Source of the DNA: an uncultured bacterium
GTDB taxonomy: Bacteria > Zixibacteria > MSB-5A5 > CAIYYT01
DNA: 64,000 nucleotides
NCBI GenBank assembly: GCA_963726455.1
Contig: CAVSCK010000004.1
Span: 608,001 to 672,000 of the forward strand
Direction of reading: 5' to 3'
Positions 47,321-57,306 of this stretch are shown piece by piece. Each line of letters opens with the position of its first letter. Within the stretch, counting starts at the first letter, position 1. The notes beneath the pieces were generated by a model. That model saw only the letters and a program-made list of their open reading frames with translations, did no database searches and was not told where the DNA came from. Both the position numbers and the translations under genes were made by a program.

Positions 47321-49210
47321 CTAAACGGTCATGGCAAAAATGCCGACCGGATCAACAATCAATCGTACCCTGCCGTCCCCCAGAATTGTGGCTCCCGCGA
47401 TACCCTGCGTATTGCCGAGAAATTCACCGAGTGACTTGATAACAACTTCTTCCTGACCAATCAGCCGCTCGACCACAAGGCCGATTCGTTTTTCGGCCAG
47501 TCCGAGCACGACAACGTACGAGCTGTTCATGGACGCCAGGTCGATGACACTGGTGCCCCGGAAGAAGACTGAATGCAGATCAATGATCGGCAGCACGGTA
47601 TCTCGCAGACGAATGACTTCGCGGCGATTGATCGACGCGACATCGGTGCGCGCAATCTTCACGGTTTCCAGAACCGATGCCAGCGGCAGAATGAACAGTT
47701 CATCCTTGGCTTCGACCAACAATCCCTGGACGATTGCCAAGGTCAACGGGAGCTTTATAATGATGGCGGTGCCCTGTCCCCGCGCCGATTCAATATCGAT
47801 AATTCCTTTTAGTTTTTCAATGTTGGTTTTGACGACATCCATGCCGACTCCGCGGCCGGAAACGTCGGTCACGATTTTAGCCGTCGAGAAGCCGGGGTGG
47901 AATATGAAATTGAAGAGTTCACGCTCCGGCATGCGGCTGAGTTCCTCGGCAGTTGCCAATTTCTTTTCAAGCGCTTTCTGGCGGATACGTTCGGCATCCA
48001 GCCCGGCGCCATCGTCGGCTACCTTGATGACAATGTTCGAACCTTCCTGGCTGGCGACCAATTCAATTTTGCCGACTCTGGATTTTCCGGCCTTAACGCG
48101 TTCGTCCGGCAATTCAATCCCGTGATCGGCGGAATTACGGATGAGGTGAACGAGTGGATCACCGATCTCTTCAATAACCGATTTGTCGAGTTCGGTTTCC
48201 TCTCCCGAGATAGTCAATTCGATTTCTTTGTTCTGGCTGCGCGCCAGGTCGCGGACGACACGCGGAAATTTGTTGAAGACTTTGCCCACGGGCAGCATCC
48301 GCATTTTCATTACCGACATCTGCAATTCTGTTGTGACGAAATTCAGTTGCGTGGCCACCTGGTTCAGGTCATCCATCAGCTCCTGGCCCTCGTAGCGACC
48401 GGTAATGCGATTGGTGAGCTGTACCATGGCATTACGGCCGAGTACCAACTCGCCCATGATGTTCATCAAATTGTCGAGGCGGTCAACATCGACGCGTATG
48501 GTCTGGTCGGCGCCTCTGCGCATCTCCGCCATCTGCTTGGCAAGAGTCGCGGCGGTCTCCGGTTTGGGCGCGTCTACTGGAAAATCCGCTTTCGGAGCAG
48601 GTTTTGTTTCCGCAACCGGCACCGGCGTCATATCGACAACCTTCGGCGCGGACTCGCGCTCGGATGTGACTGACGCCTCGATCGGCTCAGACTTAGCCGT
48701 CGGTGCGGAAGATGCAGCCGTTTCGCTGGATGGCGCTTCGATCTTCTTTGATTTGCTTTCGTCTTTCGCCTCGGGTTTTGGCGATGATGCAGCAGTCTGA
48801 CCGGTGGCAACGGCAGTCAACTTGCTCTTGATATGCTCCAGATCGATGTCGCTGTCGCCTCCGGTACGCGTTTCCTGCAACAGGAATTTCAACGTATCAA
48901 TCGACTCCAGCAAGGTGTCCATGATGGTTGCATCAACCTTGAGTTCACCCTTACGGAGCTTGTTTAGGACGTCCTCCATCTTGTGAGTGAGTTCGGAGAG
49001 GCGGTCGAAACCGAGGAAACCCGAAGTTCCTTTTATGGTATGAGCGGCGCGGAATATTTCGTTGAGCAGATCGAGATCAGTCGAGTTCTTTTCCAGGCGG
49101 ACCATGTCCTCGTCAAGCTTGGCGATGATCTCGTCAGCCTCGACCATGAACTCGTCGATGATCTCCTTCATGTTGTCCAGTTCAGTTCCTATTTCCGCCA
49201 TGACCGGCAA
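47321..49210 (-). CDS. cheA: Chemotaxis histidine kinase CheA
   Basis: Hpt FRAAHTIKG, dimerisation TIRVDVDRLD, HATPase GFSTA..SGRGVGMDVV, C-terminal CheW-like P5. Confidence 0.97.
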   Translation of the reverse strand: MPVMAEIGTELDNMKEIIDEFMVEADEIIAKLDEDMVRLEKNSTDLDLLNEIFRAAHTIKGTSGFLGFDRLSELTHKMEDVLNKLRKGELKVDATIMDTLLESIDTLKFLLQETRTGGDSDIDLEHIKSKLTAVATGQTAASSPKPEAKDESKSKKIEAPSSETAASSAPTAKSEPIEASVTSERESAPKVVDMTPVPVAETKPAPKADFPVDAPKPETAATLAKQMAEMRRGADQTIRVDVDRLDNLMNIMGELVLGRNAMVQLTNRITGRYEGQELMDDLNQVATQLNFVTTELQMSVMKMRMLPVGKVFNKFPRVVRDLARSQNKEIELTISGEETELDKSVIEEIGDPLVHLIRNSADHGIELPDERVKAGKSRVGKIELVASQEGSNIVIKVADDGAGLDAERIRQKALEKKLATAEELSRMPERELFNFIFHPGFSTAKIVTDVSGRGVGMDVVKTNIEKLKGIIDIESARGQGTAIIIKLPLTLAIVQGLLVEAKDELFILPLASVLETVKIARTDVASINRREVIRLRDTVLPIIDLHSVFFRGTSVIDLASMNSSYVVVLGLAEKRIGLVVERLIGQEEVVIKSLGEFLGNTQGIAGATILGDGRVRLIVDPVGIFAMTV

Positions 49211-49215
49211 CTCCC

Positions 49216-49839
49216 TTAGCTTTTTTGTTTGTCCAGTGTCATATTGTTTACGAGCTTGTCGACTTCGCTCTGCATGTTAGCATCGTTGGAGAAATTGGCA
49301 TTGGGATCATAGGCCCGCTGTTTTCTCTTGGTTTCCTCTTCGGGGGCAACTTCCAACTGCAGACTGACCAGCACGTCCATCAGGCGATTTTCCACTTGTT
49401 CCAACAGCGCGATGGCGTGATCCATCTGCTGAGTGGTGATGTCCTGAAACTGGAGAGCGTCCATGATGGCATAGGCGTCATTCTGGTTGGACAGCGCGTC
49501 CGTCTTGATCTTTTCGACAATGCGCTTCACGCGCGAGTTGTTCCGGAAATATGTGGCCGGCAGTACGCGGCGGAGCTCTTTAAGACTCGCTTCGATTTCG
49601 CCTTCGCGGCCGGTAATGGCTTCCACCATATCGAGCACGCGATGAGCGGCAACCTCCGTCTGCTGGCTGATCTTCTCCAATTGTTCGGCTGCCTGCGGAA
49701 CTTTGCTGCGAGATTCGGCAATGGGTTCCTGCGCGACTTTGATGCCCTTGATGATCTGGCTAATAGAATCGGCAAGGTGTTTCAATTCCGAGTGGATGTT
49801 CTTCACCGAATCGTCCGACTTCATGAGTCTTTCTACCAT
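49216..49839 (-). CDS. cheZ: CheZ-like phosphatase
   Basis: QL..I.QQTEVAAHRVLDMVE and ALQFQDITTQQ (DxxxQ) motifs; C-terminal QSEVDKLV CheY-binding helix. Confidence 0.78.
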   Translation of the reverse strand: MVERLMKSDDSVKNIHSELKHLADSISQIIKGIKVAQEPIAESRSKVPQAAEQLEKISQQTEVAAHRVLDMVEAITGREGEIEASLKELRRVLPATYFRNNSRVKRIVEKIKTDALSNQNDAYAIMDALQFQDITTQQMDHAIALLEQVENRLMDVLVSLQLEVAPEEETKRKQRAYDPNANFSNDANMQSEVDKLVNNMTLDKQKS

Positions 49840-49840
49840 C

Positions 49841-50227
49841 TCAGCTCCTCCCTGCCGCTTTGAGAACCTGCTTGATTTTCTCGCCGAGTGTTTCCGGCGT
49901 AAACGGCTTGACGATGTAGTTGTTTACACCCGCTTTCATCGCCTCGATAATGTCGTCCTTAACAGAGCGAGTCGTTACCATAAGGATCGGAGTATCCTTG
50001 AATTCATCGGCGCTGCGAACCTGGGTCACGAATGTCAGGCCGTCCATTTCCGGCATATTCCAGTCGGTAATGACGAAGTTGAACTGCTCGACTTTCATTT
50101 TTGCCAGCGCGTCCTTGCCGTCCGAGGCCTCGGTAACGTCCTCGTAGCCGGCGCGTTTGAGCGTGTTGACAATAATCCTGCGCATGGTCGGTGAATCATC
50201 CACTGCCAGTATTTTCATAGAAGACAC
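49841..50227 (-). CDS. cheY: Chemotaxis response regulator CheY
   Basis: VDDSPTMRRII, ITDWNMPEMDG, GVNNYIVKPFT. Confidence 0.92.
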   Translation of the reverse strand: MSSMKILAVDDSPTMRRIIVNTLKRAGYEDVTEASDGKDALAKMKVEQFNFVITDWNMPEMDGLTFVTQVRSADEFKDTPILMVTTRSVKDDIIEAMKAGVNNYIVKPFTPETLGEKIKQVLKAAGRS

Positions 50228-50277
50228 TGAATCCTCCTTTGAATTCCTTTGCTGCTCGCTGTCCTTGTGTTACGGCC

Positions 50278-50649
50278 TTAATCCAGCAGTCTCGCGACTT
50301 CCGCCAGCAAAACTGACGACTTGAACGGCTTGACCAGATATGAAGTTGCGCCGACTTCCTCACCCTTCTGCCTGTCCATATCGCCCTCCTCCGACGAGAG
50401 AATGATGATCGGGACTTCGGTGAATTTGTCGTTGTGACGCAGAGTCGCTATCAGTTCATAGCCATCGATGTTGGGCATGTTCAGATCGGTGATGACCAGA
50501 TCGATATCGGTTTCGAGATTCGAAATCTTCTCGAGGGCATCCATACCATCACAGGCGCCAACCACTTCATAACCGCTGGACTTGAGACTATAGGACACAA
50601 ATTTTACCAAAGTAGGTGAATCGTCTACTACCAGAATTCTATGGCTCAT
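50278..50649 (-). CDS. Single-domain CheY-like receiver
   Basis: VDDS, ITDLNMP, YLVKPF. Confidence 0.9.
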   Translation of the reverse strand: MSHRILVVDDSPTLVKFVSYSLKSSGYEVVGACDGMDALEKISNLETDIDLVITDLNMPNIDGYELIATLRHNDKFTEVPIIILSSEEGDMDRQKGEEVGATSYLVKPFKSSVLLAEVARLLD

Positions 50650-50674
50650 ATTCTACCTATTCCTTCTCACTGTC

Positions 50675-51709
50675 CTACTTTTTCGTGCTCGCCAAAAGCT
50701 CTTGTATCTTTTTCAATTTCTCTAAGGTCGCGGCGTTGCTTCCCGAAATGTCACGGGCGGCCTGCGTAGTCGTACTCACTGCGGCCGTCGGCGCCATTAC
50801 AGTAGCTCTTGCAGGGGTGGTTGCCACCGGTGCTTCTATCGGAGCCACACCGGATGGTTCACGGAAATAGACCAGGCCGTTCTTGAAATAGACCAGCTTG
50901 AAGGCCTTGCTGATTCCATGCAGCGATTCGGCATGACCGATGAACAAGTATCCCCCCGATTTCAGCCCGGAGTAGAATGCCTTGACTATTTGCTTCTTGA
51001 CCTCGTCGGAAAAATATATCATCACGTTGCGGCAGAAGACGAAATCCATCTCCGTCATTTGCGCCATTTTGCGCCGATCAACAAGATTGAGGTGTGAGAA
51101 TTTGACCAGCCGCTTTACGTTTTCGGTGACGCAATACTTATCAGCTTCGCGGACGAAATATTTGCTGACGATATAAGGAGGCGTGGTACGAAGTGACATC
51201 TCGCCGTAGGAGGCCTTTCGGGCCGCGTAGAGCACGTTTTCGGAAATGTCGTTGGCGATGATTTCGATATTCCAGTCGTTATGTTCACCCAGGACTTCCA
51301 GCAGAATCATGCCGATCGTGTAGGGCTCCTCGCCCGTGGAACATCCCGCCGACCAGATGCGCAGTCGTTTGGGCTGGCCGCTCCGCTTCTTTTGTTCGAT
51401 AATGGCCGGCAGAACTTCTTCCTGGAAACAGGCCAATTGAGGCGGATTGCGATAGAACGAAGTTTCGTTGGTCGTCACCAGATTCATCAGCATGTTGAAT
51501 TCCTTCAGCGACGTGTCGTATTTGACTTGATAGAAATAGTCGCGGAAGGAACTTAGCCCCACGGTCGCCATGCGCTTGGTGAGTCGGTTCTCGACCAGAT
51601 ATTTTTTATTCTCGGCGAAGAAGATTCCGCTTTTTTCGTGGATAAAATCGCGAAACGCGATGAAATCCTCCAGGCTGAGTTCAAGACTCAAGTTTTCAGA
51701 TTGCAGCAT
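50675..51709 (-). CDS. cheR: Chemotaxis methyltransferase CheR with Ala/Thr/Pro linker and C-terminal helix
   Basis: TTNETSFYR, RIWSAGCSTGEEPY, FCRNVMIYF, GHAESL. Confidence 0.95.
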   Translation of the reverse strand: MLQSENLSLELSLEDFIAFRDFIHEKSGIFFAENKKYLVENRLTKRMATVGLSSFRDYFYQVKYDTSLKEFNMLMNLVTTNETSFYRNPPQLACFQEEVLPAIIEQKKRSGQPKRLRIWSAGCSTGEEPYTIGMILLEVLGEHNDWNIEIIANDISENVLYAARKASYGEMSLRTTPPYIVSKYFVREADKYCVTENVKRLVKFSHLNLVDRRKMAQMTEMDFVFCRNVMIYFSDEVKKQIVKAFYSGLKSGGYLFIGHAESLHGISKAFKLVYFKNGLVYFREPSGVAPIEAPVATTPARATVMAPTAAVSTTTQAARDISGSNAATLEKLKKIQELLASTKK

Positions 51710-51742
51710 ATCTCGGCTGTCCCACCATACTCGTCGGTTGCA

Positions 51743-52399
51743 TTAACTCGTTTCTTCCATCAGCGTGATCGCCTGCCCCCGGAACTCGTGCCGGGAAGTT
51801 TCCACTTCATCATATGTTGGGGTTTCGCGCGTGAGATTATTTCGACGACGACTCGCCGCGGCCAGTACCGGCTGCTCCAATTGGTAGGAGCTGTTGTCGG
51901 ATCCTTTTTCAATGATCGTAAAACGGCGCGTTGTCCTTTCGGCCGTCTCCCGTTCCTCCCGTTTTTTCAAGCCGGAGACACGCGTTTCGAGTTCCGTGAC
52001 GCGTTCGCGCAACTGCCTGACTTCGAGATAATGTTGTTGAGCGGCCACAGCGCTCTTCACGGTGCCATCAAGTTCTTTAAGCCGGAATGGCTTGACGACA
52101 AAATCGTGGGCGCCGGCGCGCAAGGCGCTCACCGTAGTATCCACGGTAGGATAGCCGGTCATCATTATAACGGACAGATCGTCCGCAATTGTTTTCAAGC
52201 GATACAGCAGATCGATACCGGAGCCATCGGGCATCCGCAAATCGACGAGCGCGGCATTAAAACTTTCTGTCCCCACCAAACGAAGAGCTTCGGCTGCCGA
52301 ACCGGCGGTTCGTACTTCGTAGTTCATCTTGGTAAAGTATTCCGCGAGCAATTCCCTCACAAACAACTCATCATCCACCACGAGCAGCTTACTCTTCAT
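51743..52399 (-). CDS. Response regulator (REC plus coiled-coil and unstructured tail)
   Basis: VVDDE, VDLRMP, MTGYP, VKPF; start MKSKLLVV after GGAGG. Confidence 0.85.
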   Translation of the reverse strand: MKSKLLVVDDELFVRELLAEYFTKMNYEVRTAGSAAEALRLVGTESFNAALVDLRMPDGSGIDLLYRLKTIADDLSVIMMTGYPTVDTTVSALRAGAHDFVVKPFRLKELDGTVKSAVAAQQHYLEVRQLRERVTELETRVSGLKKREERETAERTTRRFTIIEKGSDNSSYQLEQPVLAAASRRRNNLTRETPTYDEVETSRHEFRGQAITLMEETS

Positions 52400-52805
52400 G
52401 AGCAACCTCCTGTGCGTGTACTTGCTTAAGGCGGGCGTATTCTTTGGTCGCAGACTCGACCACAGCGAAGAGTCTGTTGATATTGAACGGTTTGGTAATA
52501 TAGTCGTATGCACGTTTGCGCAGGGCGTCAACGGCGGTCTCTACGGAGGGAAAGGCCGTCATGACGATCACCGGCAAATTCGGGATATTGTGACGGAGAT
52601 CTTCGACAAGCTGCAAGCCGTCGATTCCGCCCATTTTGATATCGGTGAGAACCACATCGAAATCGGGATGCTGCTCAGCGATCTCCAGCGCCTCGTCGGC
52701 GTTGTTGGCGGTCATTATGGAGTAATTCTTCGAGAGGAAGTAATCATAAAGTAGGTCGCGAATGAGCAACTCATCGTCGACAATGAGAATCTTTGGACTT
52801 TCCAT
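52389..52805 (-). CDS. Single-domain response regulator
   Basis: IVDDE, LTDIKM, MTAFP, ITKPF. Confidence 0.9.
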   Translation of the reverse strand: MESPKILIVDDELLIRDLLYDYFLSKNYSIMTANNADEALEIAEQHPDFDVVLTDIKMGGIDGLQLVEDLRHNIPNLPVIVMTAFPSVETAVDALRKRAYDYITKPFNINRLFAVVESATKEYARLKQVHAQEVAHEE

Positions 52806-54733
52806 TATATTACCTCTTCCTCGATTTTGGCGATTGCTTCGTTGACGGCCCCGACAACGTCGGGGTTACGGTCGCGCGCTGTGCTTCGCAGGAACGGCAG
52901 CGCCCGTTTATCATGCAGCTTTGAAAGCGCCTTGGCCGCAGCCACGCGCAACACGTCGTTTTCATCGGTCAGGAATGGAATGACATGATTGATTGTATCC
53001 TGAGTGCCGATCTTGCCGAGGATGTTAAGAACATAGAACCTGACCCACAGATCCTCATCGTTTAACAAGCAGAGAATTGCGTCATGCGCATCAGGGCCGG
53101 CAATTGCTACGATCGCATCCAGTGCCGCCTTGCGAACCTGGGCTTCCTCGTCATTGAGCATTGTCTTGATATGTTCAATCGCAGATTTTTCGGCGATCCG
53201 TCCCAGCGACTCGACAGCCGATTTGCGAATTTCCCATTCCGGATGGTTGAGTGCGTCGATAAGCGGTTCGACCACGCTGGTCTCACCGATCCACCCCAAT
53301 GCCTGGGCGGCCATTATCTGGCGCATCGGCAGTTTGTGATGGAGATCAGCGCGCAACCGCGCAATGACCTCAGAGGTAGGACTGAGGACGATAGCGCCGA
53401 GGGCGGCCTGACGAACATCAGGATACGGATCATCCAATCCGGAAAACAAAGGATCAAGTGCCTGTTCGCCCCCGATCCAGCCGATCGCCTTGAAGGCGGC
53501 CGAACGAACGTGTCCGACGTGATCGGTCGTTAGTTTCACCAGAATCGGAATGACCGGCGTTTCACCGATCTTGCCAAGTGTAGATGCCACCCGTTCGCGC
53601 ACCGATTCATCGGAATTGTCCACCAGCGGCAGAACGTCACGTACGAAGTGAGAGTTTCCGGTGGCGGCAATCATGTCGAGCAGATTGCAGGTCATCGCCT
53701 GAGATGCCTTCGTTAGCGCAAGTGAGATTTTCTCGGTCGCAGCCGTGGCGGTAACCGTCAGAACTTCCTTCGCCTTAAGACATACCTCTTCGTCTGAATC
53801 GGCAAGCGCGTGAAGCATCAGGTCGATCGCGGTCGGGGTTTCCCAGGAGCGCAGCTCTTCGAGCGCAAACAGTTTGGTCTGCTTGTCGCCGGTTTTGACC
53901 GCCTTGGTCAGACAACCGAGTAGTTGCGTTGCCGGCAGGTCTTCGAGCACGGAATGATCTGTGGCACGCGCCAGCTTTATGAGGGAGCTCACGACGGCCT
54001 CTTGCAAGGCGTCATCATCCCGCGTCAGCAGCTTGCGCAGGTACGGTTCCACGTCGCGGCTCTTCATGTTACCCATAGCTTCGACAGCCGTGAACACGAC
54101 GACCGGATCCGTATCATCGAGCGCCTTAACCAGTTGAGGTAAGGCGCGATGATCGCCGATCTTGCCGAGCGCTTCGACTACCTGTGGCCTGGCTTCGCTG
54201 TGATTGTTGTAGGTCGTTATCAATGGTTCGACCGCGGCTGGATTGCCCAGCAAACCAAGTGTCTCGGCAGCCGAACAAACAACATTCAGACTTGTGTCTG
54301 ACAGCGCCTTGACGACAACCGGTGTTGCCGAGCTATCGCGTATCGCACCAAGGATGTCGACGGCAAATTTGCGGACGTCGTGGTCGGGATCATCAACGCT
54401 TTCGGCCAGAGCCGGGACGGCCTGGTTTCCCAGTGCCGTGAGAAGTTCCGCCGCCAGATTGCGCGTTCCAATATTTTCATTGGATAAATAGCAGCAGAGA
54501 AACTTTGCGGCATCGGGTGAGCGCCTGCTGATAATTGCTTCCGCGGCTGATTCGCGAATACCTTTGTCGGGATCTTCCAATGCGGTGACCAGCGCCGCGT
54601 CGGCCTGAACATCATCAAACTTGCTCAACTCCCCGATGGCCTCTTCGCGATCAAATGCGTCGGCGCTCGATAGTTTCTCCAGCAATTGCTCCAACAACAT
54701 GCTGTCACCGCTCATGTCTGATCCTCTCGACAT
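52805..54733 (-). CDS. HEAT-repeat (PBS lyase-like) protein
   Basis: Many L.D.D..VR..A..ALG.IG repeats across 642 aa. Confidence 0.92.
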   Translation of the reverse strand: MSRGSDMSGDSMLLEQLLEKLSSADAFDREEAIGELSKFDDVQADAALVTALEDPDKGIRESAAEAIISRRSPDAAKFLCCYLSNENIGTRNLAAELLTALGNQAVPALAESVDDPDHDVRKFAVDILGAIRDSSATPVVVKALSDTSLNVVCSAAETLGLLGNPAAVEPLITTYNNHSEARPQVVEALGKIGDHRALPQLVKALDDTDPVVVFTAVEAMGNMKSRDVEPYLRKLLTRDDDALQEAVVSSLIKLARATDHSVLEDLPATQLLGCLTKAVKTGDKQTKLFALEELRSWETPTAIDLMLHALADSDEEVCLKAKEVLTVTATAATEKISLALTKASQAMTCNLLDMIAATGNSHFVRDVLPLVDNSDESVRERVASTLGKIGETPVIPILVKLTTDHVGHVRSAAFKAIGWIGGEQALDPLFSGLDDPYPDVRQAALGAIVLSPTSEVIARLRADLHHKLPMRQIMAAQALGWIGETSVVEPLIDALNHPEWEIRKSAVESLGRIAEKSAIEHIKTMLNDEEAQVRKAALDAIVAIAGPDAHDAILCLLNDEDLWVRFYVLNILGKIGTQDTINHVIPFLTDENDVLRVAAAKALSKLHDKRALPFLRSTARDRNPDVVGAVNEAIAKIEEEVI

Positions 54734-54739
54734 TGGTCG

Positions 54740-55096
54740 TTAGCTTACTTTCACCCGCGCAGCGGTCAAGGACTCCTGCGCCTCCGCTTCGCTCGGGTAA
54801 ATTTCGAAGATGTGCGACAGTTGAGTGATCTCGAAGATCTCTTCAACGTAACTGGCCAGATTCGAAAGGACCAGACGGCCTTTGGCCAGGCGGACTTCTT
54901 TAAGAATTGAAACCAGCGTACCGAGGCCGGAGCTGTTGATAAAGTCGATCTGTCCGAGATTCAGGATGATTCGATTCTTACCCTGCGCGACGCGCTTGAG
55001 AATCTCTTCTTTCAAGTTGGATGAACTGGCAAAATCAAGACGCCCCTTCAGACTCAGCGTAATGAAGCCCTCATTTTCTGTTGTTCTGATTTCCAT
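54740..55096 (-). CDS. STAS anti-sigma factor antagonist (RsbV/SpoIIAA-like)
   Basis: GRLD, LGQIDFINSSGLGTLV with the phosphorylatable Ser. Confidence 0.92.
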   Translation of the reverse strand: MEIRTTENEGFITLSLKGRLDFASSSNLKEEILKRVAQGKNRIILNLGQIDFINSSGLGTLVSILKEVRLAKGRLVLSNLASYVEEIFEITQLSHIFEIYPSEAEAQESLTAARVKVS

Positions 55097-55115
55097 TGAC
55101 TCCTCCGTGTGACAC

Positions 55116-55563
55116 TTATCGTTGAACGACAGTACGTGTTTTCTGCCCGCGCAACCGGAAGGTGATGCTTACCCGCAGACCCCCTTCTAGTCGTTCCTCT
55201 ATTTCCAGTTTATCGGCAAATTTCTTGATGATACCTATACCACGGCCGCCACTTTTTTCCGTTTCGATATCTGGGCGAAGAGTTTCCAAGGGGATGGCGT
55301 TGCGACCGCTGGTTCCCTGATCTTCGACATCCACGCAAACCTCGTTTTCGTCCCAGGTGAAGATCAGGTTTACGCTCCTTAGCGGGATCCTTCTTGTTAC
55401 CGTGGAGATAGGCATTAGTGTACGCTTCTGAAACACAGACGGCGAAGTGGAAGGTGTCCTCCGTCGGCAGTCCCAGCCGCGAGGCAATTTCCATGGCCGC
55501 CACGTAGCAGCGGCTGAAATGGTCCTTGACCGGGGCGATCGTTATTCGATGTTCCTGCTTCAT
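55116..55563 (-). CDS. Anti-sigma factor Ser kinase (RsbW-like HATPase); split by one extra base near 55376
   Basis: First frame VCVSEAYTNAYLHGNK.DP.K; shifted frame VNLIF...VEDQG...GGRGIGIIK. Confidence 0.85.
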
Positions 55564-56865
55564 CACTTGATCTCAATCAGCAGCGTCGTGATGTCATCAC
55601 TCTGTGGCGCCGACTGATCCCCTTTGAAGTTTTCGATTTCTTTCATCAGCAGGTCGACAAATTCGGACGGCTCTTTGTCGGCATTGCGCAAGACGAATTC
55701 CGTGAGCCGTTCCCGGGCGTACATCTTCCCTTCCTTGTCCTCGCATTCGGTGATGCCGTCCGTGTAGAAGAGTATTTTATCCCCCGGCGACAGCGGCACG
55801 GTCTCCGACTTATAGAGGAAGCTGGGGAACTGCCCGAGCACGGTGCCCCCGGTCTTCCAGAGACTGATTTCGCCTGTCTCTTTGCGAATTAGAATGGGCG
55901 GAAGGTGCCCGGCGTTGACATAGGCGCAGGTCATCGAGTTCAGGTTGAAATAGGCATACGCCACCGAAATGAACATGTTTTCCGTCTTCAGCACCTGGTC
56001 GCACAGGAAGGCGTTCAGGTCGGTAATCATCTGGTCGATTTCGACGTTCTTGCCGGCTTCCATCCGGAATACCGACCTCACCGCCGTCATCATGAGAGCT
56101 GCAGGCATGCCCTTGTTACTGACGTCGCCCACGATGGTCACGAATTCATGAGGCGAAAGGCGAATGACGTCGTAGTAGTCGCCGCCCACTTGTCCAGCGG
56201 GCAGGTACGAGGCGGCAATAGTAGCGCAGTCCAAGGTCTCGAATTTCGAGGGCAACAGCGCCTGCTGTACCAGCCGCGCCAGCATTAGCTCTTGTTCAAG
56301 TTTCTGGCGGGTAAGGCGCTCCTTGAGCAGGTTGGCGTTCTCGATTGCCACGGCGGCAAAACGTACGAGAGTTTCGAGCGATTGCTTGTCCTCTTCCTCG
56401 AATCCGCCGCCGGTGGTCTTGTTGATAATAATTAGAACACCCAGTTGTTTTTCGTGCGTCGCCACCGGCACTGCGATGATGGCGTTGATCATCCCTCCGT
56501 GCGCCTTGGCTTCGGGGAAATCATTTATGACTATGGATTCGCCGGTGCGAAACGTCCAGGTGGCGATATCGACGTCGTTTTCGAGCTTGATCGACGTTGA
56601 TCGTGCGGTCATCTATGCCCCAGGAGATTTTTGTCTGCAGCCGGTCGCGTTCCTGGAGCATAATGCAGCCGACTTCGCCCCCCACCATCCGCGTAGCCAT
56701 GTCCATCATGGCGGACAGCACTTGTTCGATGTCAACCAGGGAGGTAATCATCAGCCCCATCGTGGCGACATCGTTCAGGCGCGCCGATTGGTCTTCGATC
56801 CGGTTTTCGAGTTCAAAGAGCTTGCGCTCGAGCAGTTCCATCTGCTTCTCAAGTAGCGATAGCAA
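55563..56865 (-). CDS. GAF plus PP2C/SpoIIE phosphatase (RsbU-like); split by one extra base near 56595
   Basis: N-terminal coiled coil and GAF start in ORF 56521-56865; GGDYYD, GDVSNKG, NAGH, YTDG, DDIT in ORF 55563-56612. Exact start uncertain. Confidence 0.87.
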
Positions 56866-56948
56866 TTCGACATCCCTTCGTTTCAGGACGGTACGACGTA
56901 AGTTCTAATAGCAGGCGGTCTTAGGTTTGGTGCGCCTTCTTATTCATG

Positions 56949-56975
56949 CTATCGACAACGCTGACAGAAACTTGA
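56949..56975 (-). promoter_or_regulatory. Sigma28 (FliA)-type promoter heading the rsb-che cluster
   Basis: Minus strand TCAAGTTT-N11-GTCGATAG versus consensus TAAAGTTT-N11-GCCGATAA, with exact spacing. Confidence 0.7.
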
Positions 56976-57306
56976 AATGAACAGGCGGAATTGAAGGAAT
57001 AGTTGGGCCAGCGAGGCATCGACTTCCCCGTTTTGGACGAAGTCTTGACAATTTCCAAGAATTGAGTAACATGTGGGGTACTTCTGCCTGTGTGAAGGCG
57101 GATATGGGTCGGCTCGATAGTGTCGGGCGGCCTTATTAGTCTGAGAACCCTTATCGCTTTACTTACCCGCTCCCCCTCACCGGGGAAGTAAAAAAGATGG
57201 TCTGCGTCATTTGATATCACCGAGCTTGGTTCGTCTAAGTCATAGCTGCACCGATGATTTGACAGGTCGAATTCGAAGCAACGGATATCTGGCCAGTGGA
57301 GGACCA

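Noticed and set aside
3051-56856. Many long antisense or alternate-frame ORFs (e.g. 3051-3935, 17707-18624, 23128-24039, 25645-26826, 27331-28164)
   Set aside because: Shadows of well-supported genes, expected from GC-rich codon bias; no motifs or RBS.
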